A stretch of 64,000 bases of DNA, taken from NCBI GenBank assembly GCA_012295275.1, contig CM022678.1, positions 11,222,001 to 11,286,000 of the forward strand, written 5' to 3'. Made by a program: the position numbers and the translations under genes. The DNA comes from Chrysomallon squamiferum (Eukaryota; Animalia; Mollusca). The notes under the pieces were generated by a model. That model ran no database searches. It worked only from the letters and a program-made list of their open reading frames with translations, and was not told the DNA's origin. This document shows positions 34,265 to 52,646 of this stretch, piece by piece; positions within the stretch are counted from its first letter, which is position 1, and every line of letters begins with the position of its first letter.

Positions 34265-35842
34265 TTTGCTCTGTCTGCAAAAAATAATAATAAAAAAATA
34301 AAAAAGTACTTAATTTAACAAATAGGAAAACAATAGATTAGATTCGATTTGTGCATGTCTGTTTGTCTGTATCTGTGTGTGTATGTTGTTGTTACTGTTG
34401 TTCTTCTTATTGTAGTTGCTGTTGTTGTTTTAGGTGTTGTTATCGTCGTTGCTGTGGTAATATACAAAAATAGATCTGACGTCAGAAAATTTCCAGTTCT
34501 CGGAGATTTGTGAAATCACGTGGTGACTAATTTCAGGTGACGAGGAAAACGAAACCGAGGTTGTGAAACTTTGAGAGACAGGTACAGTGGTTACACACAG
34601 ATTTGTTTTACACAGAAAGTTAAACTGAGAAGAGGAAGGAAATAATAAAGAAACAAAGAAGAAATATCAATAAACGAAGAAATATAAGAAAGAAAGAAAG
34701 AAAGAAAGTATAAAGAAAGAAAGCAAATAAATAAAGAATTCAATAAATTAAAAAACAAAAATGTTTTAGTTAAAACGATATCTATTCATTATGAGAATTT
34801 AAAAGTAAAGTTAATTTGAAACGACTTAATAGAAATTTACAAATAAGAAACGTGTGTTTAATTACACTGACGTACTTACAGGTATTTGCTTGTTGACGGG
34901 TGAACAGTCGGGGTGGCTGGTATAGCAGGTTATGTCGTCTGCTAACTCAACACTAGTTTATACGCTATCATTGACAACGCTCGTTAATCGAGAAATCTTT
35001 CAAGACTGTAAAAACCAATGATCGGGAAAGCCCCAGTTACCGAGATATTCCGATACTTGCCGAAGTTCGGATTCCATATTTCGGAGATTATTATTATTAT
35101 TGTTGTTGTTGTTGCTGCTGTTTCCTTTTCGTGTTCCTGTTTTGTTTAATTACGGTTGTAACTTTAAACGGGGATGTTATTTCTTGTATCCAAATTTGGG
35201 GAAATAGATCACATTTAAAAAAAACCTAACAAGTTTAGTCCTGTTTTTCCTGTGAGTATGCGTGCGTTTGCGTGTATATTTCTATGTGTGTGTACACGTG
35301 TGTCTCTAATGTATTTAAAATAAATAAAAATAAATAAAACATTGATTGATTTATTTTATTTATTTATTTATTTATTTTTTATTTTTTAAGGTAAAACATG
35401 GAGAATTAAAAGTCAAAAATTCACTGAATAAAGAAAATAGCTAATTTATTTATGATTTTATTCTGTGTTATTCAAAAAAAAAAAAAAAAATGTATAAAGT
35501 TTTTTTGTAAGTTTATGGATGACACAAATCTTTTTCTTGAACTTTATTCCTGTTATTTTGGAAAAGAATTCGCCCATCTGAAATGAAAATAAAATAAAAT
35601 ATTTATATATGTATAAATATATCATTTTATTAATCAGTTGAATTTTAATTATAACCGTTTTCTGTGTCTACTGAGTGTGTTAGGCGAAACTGTATGAACA
35701 TGAAGAAAACAATAATGGCAGGAATATGTTAAATTTGTATGTTTTCTGTGTCTGACTGTACGTATGTATGTATATATGTGTGGGTGTATGTATGTATGTA
35801 TGTGTGTATGTATGTATGTATATATGTGTTTATGTATGTATA

Positions 35843-35877
<35 letters not shown>

Positions 35878-35938
35878 GTATGTATGTATGTATATATGTG
35901 TGTATGTATGTATGTATGTGTATGTGTGTATATATATG

Positions 35939-35974
<36 letters not shown>

Positions 35975-36000
35975 TAGATAGATAGATAGATAGATAGATT

Positions 36001-36031
<31 letters not shown>

Positions 36032-36150
36032 ATGTATGTATGTATGTATGCATGTACTGACGTAAGTATATGTGGTATGCATGTAAGTGTGTGTGTGTGT
36101 GTGTCTGCGTGTGCGTGCATGAGTATGCTCTTTTATTGTTATATTTATAT

Positions 36151-36321
36151 TTATTTTTTGGTGAAACGAACGAACAAACAAACAAATGTTACAGTCCTTC
36201 CTTCAGAGTCTATGTAGGTATAGCTGGCTGAACCAGTTGCAGACCCCGTAGTCGTTACAAAAACCTGAACGATCCCGTCGTCCGAAACTCTGACCTCTGA
36301 ACTCGATGTTGAGTTCCCCAT
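36151..36321 (-). CDS. Small putatively myristoylated protein F (paralogue of C, ~56 aa, 3' end altered)
   Basis: MGNSTSSSEVRVSDDGIVQVFVTTTGSATGSASYTYIDSEGRTV... The donor used by C is absent, so the C-terminus is uncertain. Confidence 0.55.
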   Translation of the reverse strand: MGNSTSSSEVRVSDDGIVQVFVTTTGSATGSASYTYIDSEGRTVTFVCLFVRFTKK

Positions 36322-37985
36322 CGTCCTCTGCGCTGAATTCAACTAACAGTAAAACGTTAGAAAGGAATGCATTTCTGTATGTTTGTACGTATGTACGTAT
36401 GTATGTATGTATGTATGTAAGTATGTATGTATGTATGTAAGTATGTTTGTATGTACGTGTGTTTGTCTGCGTCTACGTGTGTATGTTGTTGTTGTTTTTG
36501 TTGTTGCTGTTGTTGTTGTAGTTGTTGTAATATACAAAAATAGATCTGACATCAGAAAATTTCCAGTTCTCGGTGATATGTGAAATTACGTGGTGACTAA
36601 TTTCAGGTGAGGAGGAAAACGAAACCGAGGTTGTGAAAATTTGTGTGAGAGACAGGTACAGTGGTTAGAGTGGTTACACAAAGATTTGTTTTTACACAGA
36701 AAGTTGAACTGAGAAGAGGAAGCAATTAATAAAGAAACAAAGAAGAAATGAAGGAATATAGAAAGAAAGAAAGAAAGAAAGTATAAAGAAAGAAAGCAAA
36801 TAAATAAATCTGTAAATAAATAAAGAATTCAATAAATTAAAATATATATATATATATTAGTTAATACGATATCTATTCATTATGAAAATTTAATAACAAG
36901 TTAATTTCATTTAATTAATAGAAATTTACATATAAGAAACATAAACTTGTACTTAATTAAACTGTCGTACTTACAGGTATTTGCTTGTGATGGGTGGGTA
37001 GTCGGGGTGGGCGGGTAAAGTAGGTTATGTCGTCTGCTAACTCAACACTAGTTTTTAAATTGCCACTGAAGCACTCGTTTCTGAAGAAATCTGATTAAAT
37101 TAGAGTATCTAACTAGATACTGTAATTTAATCAGATTTCTCGACAAAATAAGAATATAAACGAGGTGGAAAATGTCATTCTATACCAGTTGCGCATTCAG
37201 GCGTTGACAAGGAAATTGAAACTCGCTTTATAAAACAGAAATAAGAAACCAGATGTATGCACAGGCCAAGTTCATTATATACAGAGGTAATCAGGTATTG
37301 CGGTTGACCAGTTTTTTCTACCAAATGGGAATTACACGAAACGGGAAGACACCGTGAGAAGAGTCAGGAATTATTTATTTGTAATTTTTGTTTTCCTTTT
37401 TGCTTTTCTTTTTCCTATATAATACTTTCCTTTTTCATTATTTATTTATTTTATATATTAGACTGTGGTCTCTAACATTCTCGAGAAAATGTAAAACCAA
37501 TAATCGAGAACATCCGAGCTTCCGAGTTATTCCGATACTTGCCGAAGCTCGGTTTTTCGATAATTATTATTGTTGTTGTTTCCTTTTCGTGTTCCTGTTT
37601 TATTTAAATATAGAGATGTTATTTCTTCAATCGAAATTTGGGAAAATAAATCACATCTTTAGTCCTGTTTTTTCTTTTCATTATTTCAGTTATCTCAGGA
37701 ACTGAAAGTGGGTTTTGTCAAACATCTACATAAAGTGAAAGACACGCAGGCTGTTTACTGGCAAATAAATAACTAACTAACTAATTAAATAAATGAACAT
37801 ATGAATAACTAACTAACTAACTAAATAATTCAGTAATTAAATAAATTATTCAATAACTAACTAACTAACTAATTAAATAAATAAATAAACATATGAATAA
37901 CTAACTAATTAAATAAATAAACATATGAATAACTAACTAACTAAATAAATAAATTAAAATTAAAATAAAATAAATAAAAAGAAGA

Positions 37986-38169
37986 CATTCTGCAGAGCTC
38001 TCCGCTAACGTTTGTGTAAGGACAGTCTGCTGTTAGCAGTTCCTCCCCCTGACAGTCTGCTGTTATCAGTTCCTCCCCCTGAAGTGTTGCAGTAGACTTT
38101 AGCGCCATCTTCTGACACAACTGCTTCTGCGTTCGACTGCCTGGTGATAAAGGAGTAAATACTTCTCAC
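37986..38169 (-). pseudogene. Pseudogenised family member G
   Basis: Acceptor at 38181-38182. The ATG GGA of paralogues reads GTG AGA. SNAEAVVSEDGAKVYCNTSGGG module present, with a 27-bp tandem duplication and a probable +1 frameshift before YTNVSGELCRM. Confidence 0.65.
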
Positions 38170-39511
38170 TTTCCTCCGTGCTGGAAAATAAATCATGAAT
38201 TTAACTAATAGTAAAACATTAGAAAAGAATCGATTTGTGTTTGCCTCCTTGTCTGTGTCTATGTCTGTATGTTGTGCTTGTCGCTGTAGTTATTCTTGTT
38301 GTGGTTGTTGTGGTTGTTGTTGTTGTTGTTGCTGTTGTAATATACAAAATTAGATCTGACTTTAAAAATGTCCAGGTCTTGGTAGTTTGTGAATTTACGT
38401 GACGAGGAAAACGAAACCGAGGTTGTGAGAGACAGGTACAGTGGTTAGAGCGGTTGCACAAAGATTTGTTTTTACACAGAAAGTTGAACTGAGAAGAGGA
38501 AGGAATTAATAAAGAAACAAAGAAGACATGAAGGAATATAAGAAAGAATGAAAGAAAGGATGAAAGAAAGGATGAAAGAAAGAAAGAAAGGAAATAAATA
38601 AATAAATTTATTAATTAAGCAGTTAATAAGATATTTATCGATTATGAAAATTTAAAAGTAAAGTTAATTTGAAATGACTTAATAGAAATTTACATATAAA
38701 AAAACATAAACTTGTGTTTAATTAAACTGACGTACTTACAGGTATTTGCTTGTGACGGGTGGGTAGTCGGGGTGGCGGGTATAGCAGGTTATGTCGTCTG
38801 CGAACTCAGCACTTGTTTTTATGTTGTCATTGACAACGCTCGTTCCTCGAGAAATGTGACTAAATAATAGTAGTTACCAGGAATATTAAAGTTAGATCTG
38901 ACCTTAGAAAATTTCATTCTCAAGAATTTGTATCAACAGGTGCTAACCAGGAAAATGATCATAATTTTGTGAAACATGTAAATAAGTCACAGAGAAATTA
39001 ATTTATAAATTAATTCATTACATTTCTAACCCGTCTTTCTGTTAATGAATTAATTAATTATTAAAGAAAGGAAGGAAGGAAGAAAGAAAGAAAGGAAGAA
39101 AGAAAAAGAAAGAAAGAAAAAAGGAAGAAAGAAAAATAAGAAGATAAGCAGAAATAAATAAAAGACAGAAATGATGAAGTAGAAAGAAAGAAGAAAAAGA
39201 AAACTGAAAGAAAGAAAAAGAAATCAACAGAACGAAAAAAAAGAAAGAAAGAAAAAAGAAAGAAAGAAACAAACAAAATATGAAATAAATTACAGCACTA
39301 GATCTGTTCCTTTTGTTTATTTATTTGTAATTTTTACTTTTTTTTTTCTTCTCTTATATAATACACTTATTTTATTTTTATTTTTATTTTTTTAGCAGAC
39401 TGTGTACTCGAGATAATGTAAAAACCAATGATCGGGAAAGCCCTAGTTACCGAGATATTCCGATACTTGCCGAAGTTCAGCTTCTGTATAGGAAACACCG
39501 TTCTCCGAGAT

Positions 39512-39544
<33 letters not shown>

Positions 39545-39963
39545 TATTATTGTTATTGTTGGTGTTGTTGTTGCTGCTGTTTCCTTTTCGTGTTCCTAAT
39601 TTATTTAATTACTGTTGTAACTTTAAACAGAGATTTTTTTTTTTTTTCTATCCAAATTAATGAAAACAAATACTGGCTCCTGTTTTTAATTTTGTCACTG
39701 ACGAAACTCGTTTCTATTTTTAGTTCACACGTCAGACGGAAGATTCTCGAGAAAACGTAAAAACCCGATAAACAGGAAACTCCGACTTTCTTCCGATTCT
39801 TGCCGAGTTGGGAAATCCCGTTCTCCGAGACTGAACCAGTGATTACTACGCAATAATCACGTGACATCAGTCGCCATACGCTGGTGTAACCAGAGATCTC
39901 GTTAAGACCAGGTAACTATTCATTAATTTTAACAGTATACGTGAGTGTGAGTGTGTGTGTGTG

Positions 39964-39966
<3 letters not shown>

Positions 39967-40036
<70 letters not shown>

Positions 40037-40263
40037 AAGAAAGAGAGAAAGAAAGAAACAAAGCGAGAGAGAGAAAGAAAAGCGAGAGAAAGAGAGAAAG
40101 AAAGCGAGAGAGAGAGAGAGAAAGAAAGAGAGAGAGAGAAAGAAAGAGAGAGAGAGAAAGAAAGAAAGCGAAAGAGAGAGAGAAAGAAAAGAGAGAGAGA
40201 GAGAAAGAAAGAGAGAGAGAGAAAGAAAGAGAGAGAGAGAAAGAAAGAAAGAGAGAGAGAGAA

Positions 40264-40318
<55 letters not shown>

Positions 40319-40825
40319 AAGAAAGAGAGAGAGAAAGAAAGAAAGAGAGAGAGAGAGAAAGAAAGCGAGAGAGAGAAAGAAAGAGAGAGAGAAAGAAAGA
40401 AAGCGAGAGAGAGAGAAAGAAACAAAGCGAGAGAGAGAGAAAGAAACAAAGAGAGAAAGAAACAAAAAGAGAGAGAGAAAGAAAGAAAGAGAAAGAAAGA
40501 GAAGAGAAAGAAAGAAAGCGAGAGAGAGAGAGAAAGAAAGGAGAGAGAGAAAGAAAGAAAGAAAGAGAGAGAGAAAGAAAGAAAGAAAGAAAGAGAGAGA
40601 AAGAAAGAAAGAGAGAGAGAAAGAGAAGAAAGCGAGAGAGAGAAGAAAGAGAGAGAGAGAGAGAAAGAGAGAGAAAGAGAGAGAAAGAAAAGAGAGAGAG
40701 AAAGAAAGAAAGAAAGGAAAGAGAGAGAAAGAAAGAGAGAGAAAGAAAGCGAGAGAGAGAAAGAAAGAAAGCGAGAGAGAGATAGAAAGAGAGAAAGCGA
40801 GAGAGAGAGAGAGAGAAAGAAAGAA

Positions 40826-40864
<39 letters not shown>

Positions 40865-40890
40865 AAGCGAGAGAGAGAGAGAGAAAGAGA
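39967..40890. repeat. Long purine-only (GA)n/(GAAA)n compound microsatellite
   Basis: ~920 nt almost entirely A/G on the plus strand. Confidence 0.95.
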
Positions 40891-41814
40891 CAGCTACTAC
40901 TCTGTTACTATTACTAATACTAACACCTCAATTCTGCAATTAATGTAACAGTAACTACTTTCTTTATTATTTATTTATTATCACTACTATTACAAAAGTA
41001 TTTAATTTATTTTATTTTATTTTGATTTTTATTTTCTTACTTTCTTACCTACATTCATTCAGTAATTGTTATTAATGAGTAATGTGACTTATCTGTTTAC
41101 TTATTACATTAAAATATTGTTAATTGACAAAATAATAATAATAATAATAATTTTATAAGAGATATTGGTTTATTTTTTATTGTTTCATATTTTGCTTTTG
41201 TTTGATTACTTTGGATGTATTGTTTTGTTTTTTTGAGGTTAATTAATGAATTTATTTATTTATAAATGTATATGTATTATTTATTTATTTATTTATTTAG
41301 CATTCATTTATTTTATTGATGAGTTAGGTGACTGTTTTCGCTATTTTATTTATTTCTTACTTTAAAATATTATTTCATATAAATAGATATATTTGTATTT
41401 TGTCCCCTTTTTCTTTCTTTTTTCTCTTTTTTTCTTTATCTAAGTAAAACATTTTGTAAATGTTGTTTATCTACTTACATATCTATAATAAAACATTTAG
41501 TAAATATGGTATTATTAAATAAATGTTCTAAATTAAAGAAAAATAATAATAAAGGTAGATTTTTTACTTTTAATTATTAAGCTTAGTTTACTGTTTAAAA
41601 TGATGTTAACTATTTCTTGCAGAAATTGTTACGAGAGTGTGTTACATTCACCCAAACAACGAAATAACAACGACATCATTCGAGCCGAACGACAACAACA
41701 ACGACACTGAGCCAAAATTTCAGTGAAAAAAAAAGAAAAAAAAAAAAAAAAAGTTGAACTTTACGTTGGCCGCTGAAAAGAAAAACCAATTCAAGAACGA
41801 TAACTCTGCAGAAA

Positions 41815-42051
41815 ATGGGGCAAGACCAGTCTGCCTACGACTCCGACTATGACTCGGCTGTGTGCGACTGCGGCAACGCCAGAGCCAGAGCGCGCGCACG
41901 AGCTTGCAGGGATTCGCGCGGAAACTGCGACGCGTCAGTCTCCTCGTTCAAATCCGCGGTCGGAAGATGCAGGGCAAAAGTACGAGCTAACGCGCATGCG
42001 TCGTCTAGGTCGTGCCACGCCTACGCAGAGTGCGACGCTTGGTGCGGCTGA
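41815..42051 (+). CDS. Small Ala/Arg/Cys-rich protein (78 aa) with N-myristoylation consensus MGQDQS
   Basis: GC-rich island in an AT-rich context, AAAATGG Kozak context. Upstream acceptor TTGCAG at 41622 and candidate non-coding exon donor CAG|GTAACT at 39911. Promoter has GGGAAATCCC 39810-39819. Confidence 0.7.
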   Translation: MGQDQSAYDSDYDSAVCDCGNARARARARACRDSRGNCDASVSSFKSAVGRCRAKVRANAHASSRSCHAYAECDAWCG

Positions 42052-42125
42052 GTGGAGACATTAACATCACGTGACTGGCCGAAGATGACCAACCTGTAAT
42101 GATGATGATAATAATGATAATAATA

Positions 42126-42224
<99 letters not shown>

Positions 42225-42540
42225 GTAATAATAATAATAATAAAATCATGTTGGTCATAATTTTGTTGTTGTCAGTCAATTTCTGCCTCACCCCACCCCA
42301 CCGTCTCTCTCTAAAAATTTCTTTAGTTTCTTGCTTGACTATGTTTATCTCTCACCCCTCGTGTCTGTCAGTCTGTCCTTTTTATTTTCTTTATTTAATC
42401 TTTCTGTCTCTTTCTTTGTGTATATAACCTCCTGACTTTTAATACTCCATATTTAAAACAAAGCAAAGTAACAACAGTAGATGGATATTTGAAACTTTAG
42501 AACTTTCTTATCTCTTAATTCCTCCGTTACCGCCGATTTT

Positions 42541-42625
<85 letters not shown>

Positions 42626-42859
42626 GTCTCACTCTCTCTCCCACAATTCCATTCGTCGTTTAAAAGATTTTTAATTTCCCCTCGTTTCAGTGTAAGGGAA
42701 ATAATTCATTATCTAAAATAGCTTGAAACTGATCAGTTACCTCCCTTCATAAAGGCACAAATAATATTCGAAAAATAAATAAATAAATCAATATATAAAT
42801 TAAGAAAAGAAAAGAAAATAAACAAAAAACATCAGACGTCTGTCTCTCTTTTACTACAA

Positions 42860-43496
42860 CAATTATTATTATTATTACAATTATCATTATTATTATTATT
42901 GCTATTATTATTATTATTACTATTATTATTACTATTACTATTATTATTATTACTATTATTATTACTATTACTATTATTATTACTATTATTATTACTATTA
43001 TTACTACTATTATTATTATTACTATTATTATTACTATTATTATTATTATTACTATTATTATTATTACTATTATTATTATTACTACTACTATTATTAATAT
43101 TATTACTATTATTATTACTATTATTATTATTATTACTATTATTATTATTATTATTACTATTATTACTATTATTATTACTATTATTATTACTATTATTATT
43201 ACTATTATTATTACTATTATTACTACTATTATTATTATTATTACTATTATTATTACTATTACTATTATTATTACTATTATTGCTATTATTACTACTATTA
43301 TTATTATTATTACTATTATTATTATTATTACTACTATTATTAATATTATTAATATTATTGTTATTACTGTTATTATTATTATTACTATTATTATTAATAT
43401 GACTATTATTACCATTATTATTATTATTATTATTACTATTATTATTATTATTACTATTATTATTATTATTACTATTATTACTATTATTATTATTAC

Positions 43497-43541
<45 letters not shown>

Positions 43542-43670
43542 TACAATTTGTACTAAAAACAGTTCAACTGCTGCTACTATCATTATTTCTACTACTACTA
43601 CTACTGCTACTACTACTACTACTACTTCTACTACTACTACTACTACTACTGCTACTACTACTACTACTAT
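42860..43670. repeat. (ATT/ACT)n trinucleotide array
   Basis: Direct inspection. A similar array lies at 50365-51130. Confidence 0.95.
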
Positions 43671-44201
43671 TTCGTGGAAATGAGTGCCATACGTTCGAGT
43701 CTCGTCAGCGTCATGTGACGGATTTGTGAGCGCGTGCACGAATATTGTCTGTGTTCAGATCATGAAATAAAAGCAGAAACCTGAGTAAAGAAACTGTATA
43801 CTCGTCATCACGTTCTTATTAGAACGTAACTAAAGACAACGAAAGTAACCAAATCCGCCGATGTAGCACGTCGTGACCTACCGATCTCCGTATACGAAAT
43901 GTGCCGATCTTTGCCGAAGTCTGCCTGAACGGTTTAACTGCAGGACATGTGTGTGAGCCTCTTACAGTTTTAAAAGTTTGAGGATATATAATTACAAACT
44001 TTTATAACATAAATTTATTTTTATTATTATTATTTTTTTTTTTTTAATAAATGGACGGAAATAATGTAAGATGGTTCAAAAAGGACGGACAGAATAACAG
44101 AGAGACAGAAATATAAAAAGCCAGATAGACAGAAAACGTTCCTTTTGTCTACCTAATTTTATACGTGTTCTTTATAGCCGCATATTTTTACACAGATACT
44201 T

Positions 44202-44271
<70 letters not shown>

Positions 44272-44288
44272 TATATGTATATATAGAC

Positions 44289-44327
<39 letters not shown>

Positions 44328-45451
44328 TATACAGACACATCTGCTTTTTATACGTCATATTTTTATTCGAGTTATTTTTGTACTTGTCCTCCTTATAAGT
44401 ATGTTTTTTTTTTTTTTTTTTTTTTTTTTAATGTTCGCCTACTTTGTATTTGTCATCTTTTTATAAAGTTCTTTTTATAGAAGACTTTTAACACTCTCGT
44501 TGAACTGAGAAACACTTCAAGTTGTTTGCTAATGAGCTTCGAATCTGCAGGGCATCAAGCTTCGTTTGCTCATGTTTCCTCATTGTGTACAGATGTCAAT
44601 CAAACATTTAATTAGATTTTGTTTATTGCCAGGTAATTGTTTTGTTTACCTGACAGGTACATGATTGTTCATCATCTCCTGTCTAAAATGTTATTGTTTA
44701 TTTGCTGTTTTCTTTGTCAGAGTTTACAAATATCTAAGTTACAACTTAGGGCCTGGCTACTTTGGTTTGTTAGTTCTTTGTTAATGTGTAAGTCCTTTTT
44801 ACTGTTGTTGTTGTTGATGTTGTTGTTACTGCTGCTGCTGTGGTTGTTGTTATTGTTGTTGTTGTTGTTCTTAATGTTGGTGTTGTTTTTGTTCTTCTTC
44901 TTATAGTTGTTGTTAGTCTAATTAATACTATCATTATTTTTAAATTTGTTGTTATTATTAACACTAGCGTTATTTTTGTTGTTATTATTTATTATTATTA
45001 ACACTTATTATTATTTTCGTTGTTGTCGTTTTTATTACTTATTACTTCTCTGTTATTGCTACTACTACTACTACTACTACTATTACTGTTAATGCTGCTG
45101 CTGCTGCTATTATTATTTTTCTTGTTATTGTTGTTGTTGTTACCAGTTATTATTGCTACTACTCCTGCAATTCTTTGCTTATTTATTTATTTATTTATCT
45201 GTTGGCTCATTTTCTGATTTATTTATGAATCAATCTACATACGACTAGTAGATATTCTATACTTTTTTTTTAATGAGTCTTTTTTTAATGAGTCACGATC
45301 TTTGCTAATAATAAAGTTTGACAGTGACAAATCAACCGTTGCTTGATTTAAGAGTTTTATTTCCATTTAAACTTAAATAAAAGGAAAATACTTCTAATAA
45401 CAGTATTGCTATTGTTATTATTATATGAAACAGAAACAAATATTATATTTC

Positions 45452-45559
<108 letters not shown>

Positions 45560-45599
45560 GTCTCTCTTTCTCTCTCTGTCTCTCTCTCTTATCTCTATG

Positions 45600-45716
<117 letters not shown>

Positions 45717-46203
45717 CTCTATTTAAAGCTGAATGATAGGGCAAATGTCCGTACTGTCATCACTCAAATTAAAAAAAAAAGAAAAAAGATGAGTTATTAT
45801 TTCTGCGGGGGTGCGACAAGGTTCAACACTTTGAGTTCGTTTTCTATTTTTTCTTCTTTCTTTTTTTTTCTTTTTTTCTTTCATTTTTTTTTTTAATCCT
45901 TTCTGCTTGACGCAGCACAATTTTCTAGTCACGAAGTCTTCATGAGAAGCCTGCAATGCGCCTATTGAATCATAGTCACAAGACTGACAAAGAATGCAAG
46001 TCATTGAAATCAAGTCATGCATAGAGAGATCTGTTTTCTTCAAGCAGATTCTGTTGACAGTACAGACTATATAACGACGACGTACACGACGTCCTCAGTG
46101 TCGTCAGAAAGAGGCGAAGGAAGGCTCTGAAAAAACAAAAGAAACGTAACAGACGAATACGTTAGCTAATTAGCAAAGAGGAATACACGTCACTGTTTCC
46201 ACG

Positions 46204-51238
<5,035 letters not shown>

Positions 51239-52369
51239 ACAACTATTTCAACCAATCAGAATGAGCTTCGTAACCACTAGTAACCCCTAACAGTAGACGT
51301 CATCCAATCAGCACCAGTAACACACCCCTTCCTTGTGTATTTTTAACCAATCAGCATTATTTTTAGAAAACAGATTCATGACCTAGAAAAGAACTGTCTA
51401 ACTGGAAGATAGAGACTCTTACTATAAACATCTTTTTATTTCTATTTAATTTTATTCTATTTTAATTTTAATTAAAACTTTCATTTTATTTTACTTATTG
51501 ATTTATTGGCTGACTTTTTCATAAACAGAAAAGAGTTATTTTATTACAATTCGTTGAAAATCTTTTCTGGAAATGAGACTGGAATTTTTCTTTTCGGAAT
51601 TCATTGTTGTTGTTTTTTTTTAAATTCATGACTGTGTTATTTTAAATTCTGTTTTGCCAAAACGTTCTTCAACTTAAATATATTCCGGAAACACCCGAAT
51701 ACAGTTCAAATTATTTTTCGCTTACGTTGCTTAGTAACAAATGTATCCTGTAGCTTTGATCCTGAAATAAATCTTTTGCAGCTTTAACAAGTGTTTGTTT
51801 TATAAAACGAAAAATCGTACAGGCTTTTTAGTCTTAATGACGATGATGATGATAATGATGACGATTAAGATAATGGAAATATTATTTTGAAATGATGAGA
51901 TGATGATAATGATGATGTTGTTGATGATAATTATGATAATGATGATGATAACACAATGGTAATGATACTTAGCAGTATTATGATGAGTATAATGATGATG
52001 CTGATGATGACTGTGATGAAGTTGAATATAATAATAAGTTAGTTGAAACAACCTCGTAGTTAATTTCAGTTTAGTCAAAGCATGCCCGTCATGCCAACTT
52101 TTTTTTTTTTTTTTTTTTTTTTCCAGGGAATATATAAACAACTAGCTTTAAACATGGTTATATTCATTAATGGTGCAACAATAACTTTATTTTTTACTTT
52201 GGTGGAGTTATCTCCCCTGACAATGTGTTTTTGTTTGTTTGTTTAGTCAGATAGTGATAGCAACCTAAGAATGCTGGTTAGAAAAACCAGAGTTTATAGA
52301 GAAACGTCTTAAACCTAGTCTTAGGAATATTTCTAAACTAAATCGTACGTATTATCTATCACAAGAGTA

Positions 52370-52574
52370 AGTAACTAGAGAGGAAACCCACACACACACG
52401 CTGTGTCACGAGCTACTCTATTAACAACAGCAGCAAAACATATAGGAGCACCTGCAGGAACGGGAGATAGACATAATCAGAGCAACGAGAAGGAGCGATC
52501 TGATGTCTGACAGAATTATCAGTTTTAAGAGAAGTGTAAACTAAAAAACAGTGTGAACTTTCAGATCTATTTTT

Positions 52575-52605
<31 letters not shown>

Positions 52606-52610
52606 TAATA

Positions 52611-52646
<36 letters not shown>

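Larger units (their letters stand above)
27460..35400. repeat. Recent segmental duplications of a ~4-kb unit (LRAT last exon + convergent small gene + promoter)
   Basis: 19646-23330, 27544-31560 and 31587-35400 are collinear near-identical blocks. Also 18970-19560 matches 24570-25160 and 23290-24540 matches 35300-36700. Confidence 0.9.

Noticed and set aside
39916-40948. 335-aa ER/K-rich ORF
   Set aside because: (GA)n microsatellite in a probable 5'UTR intron
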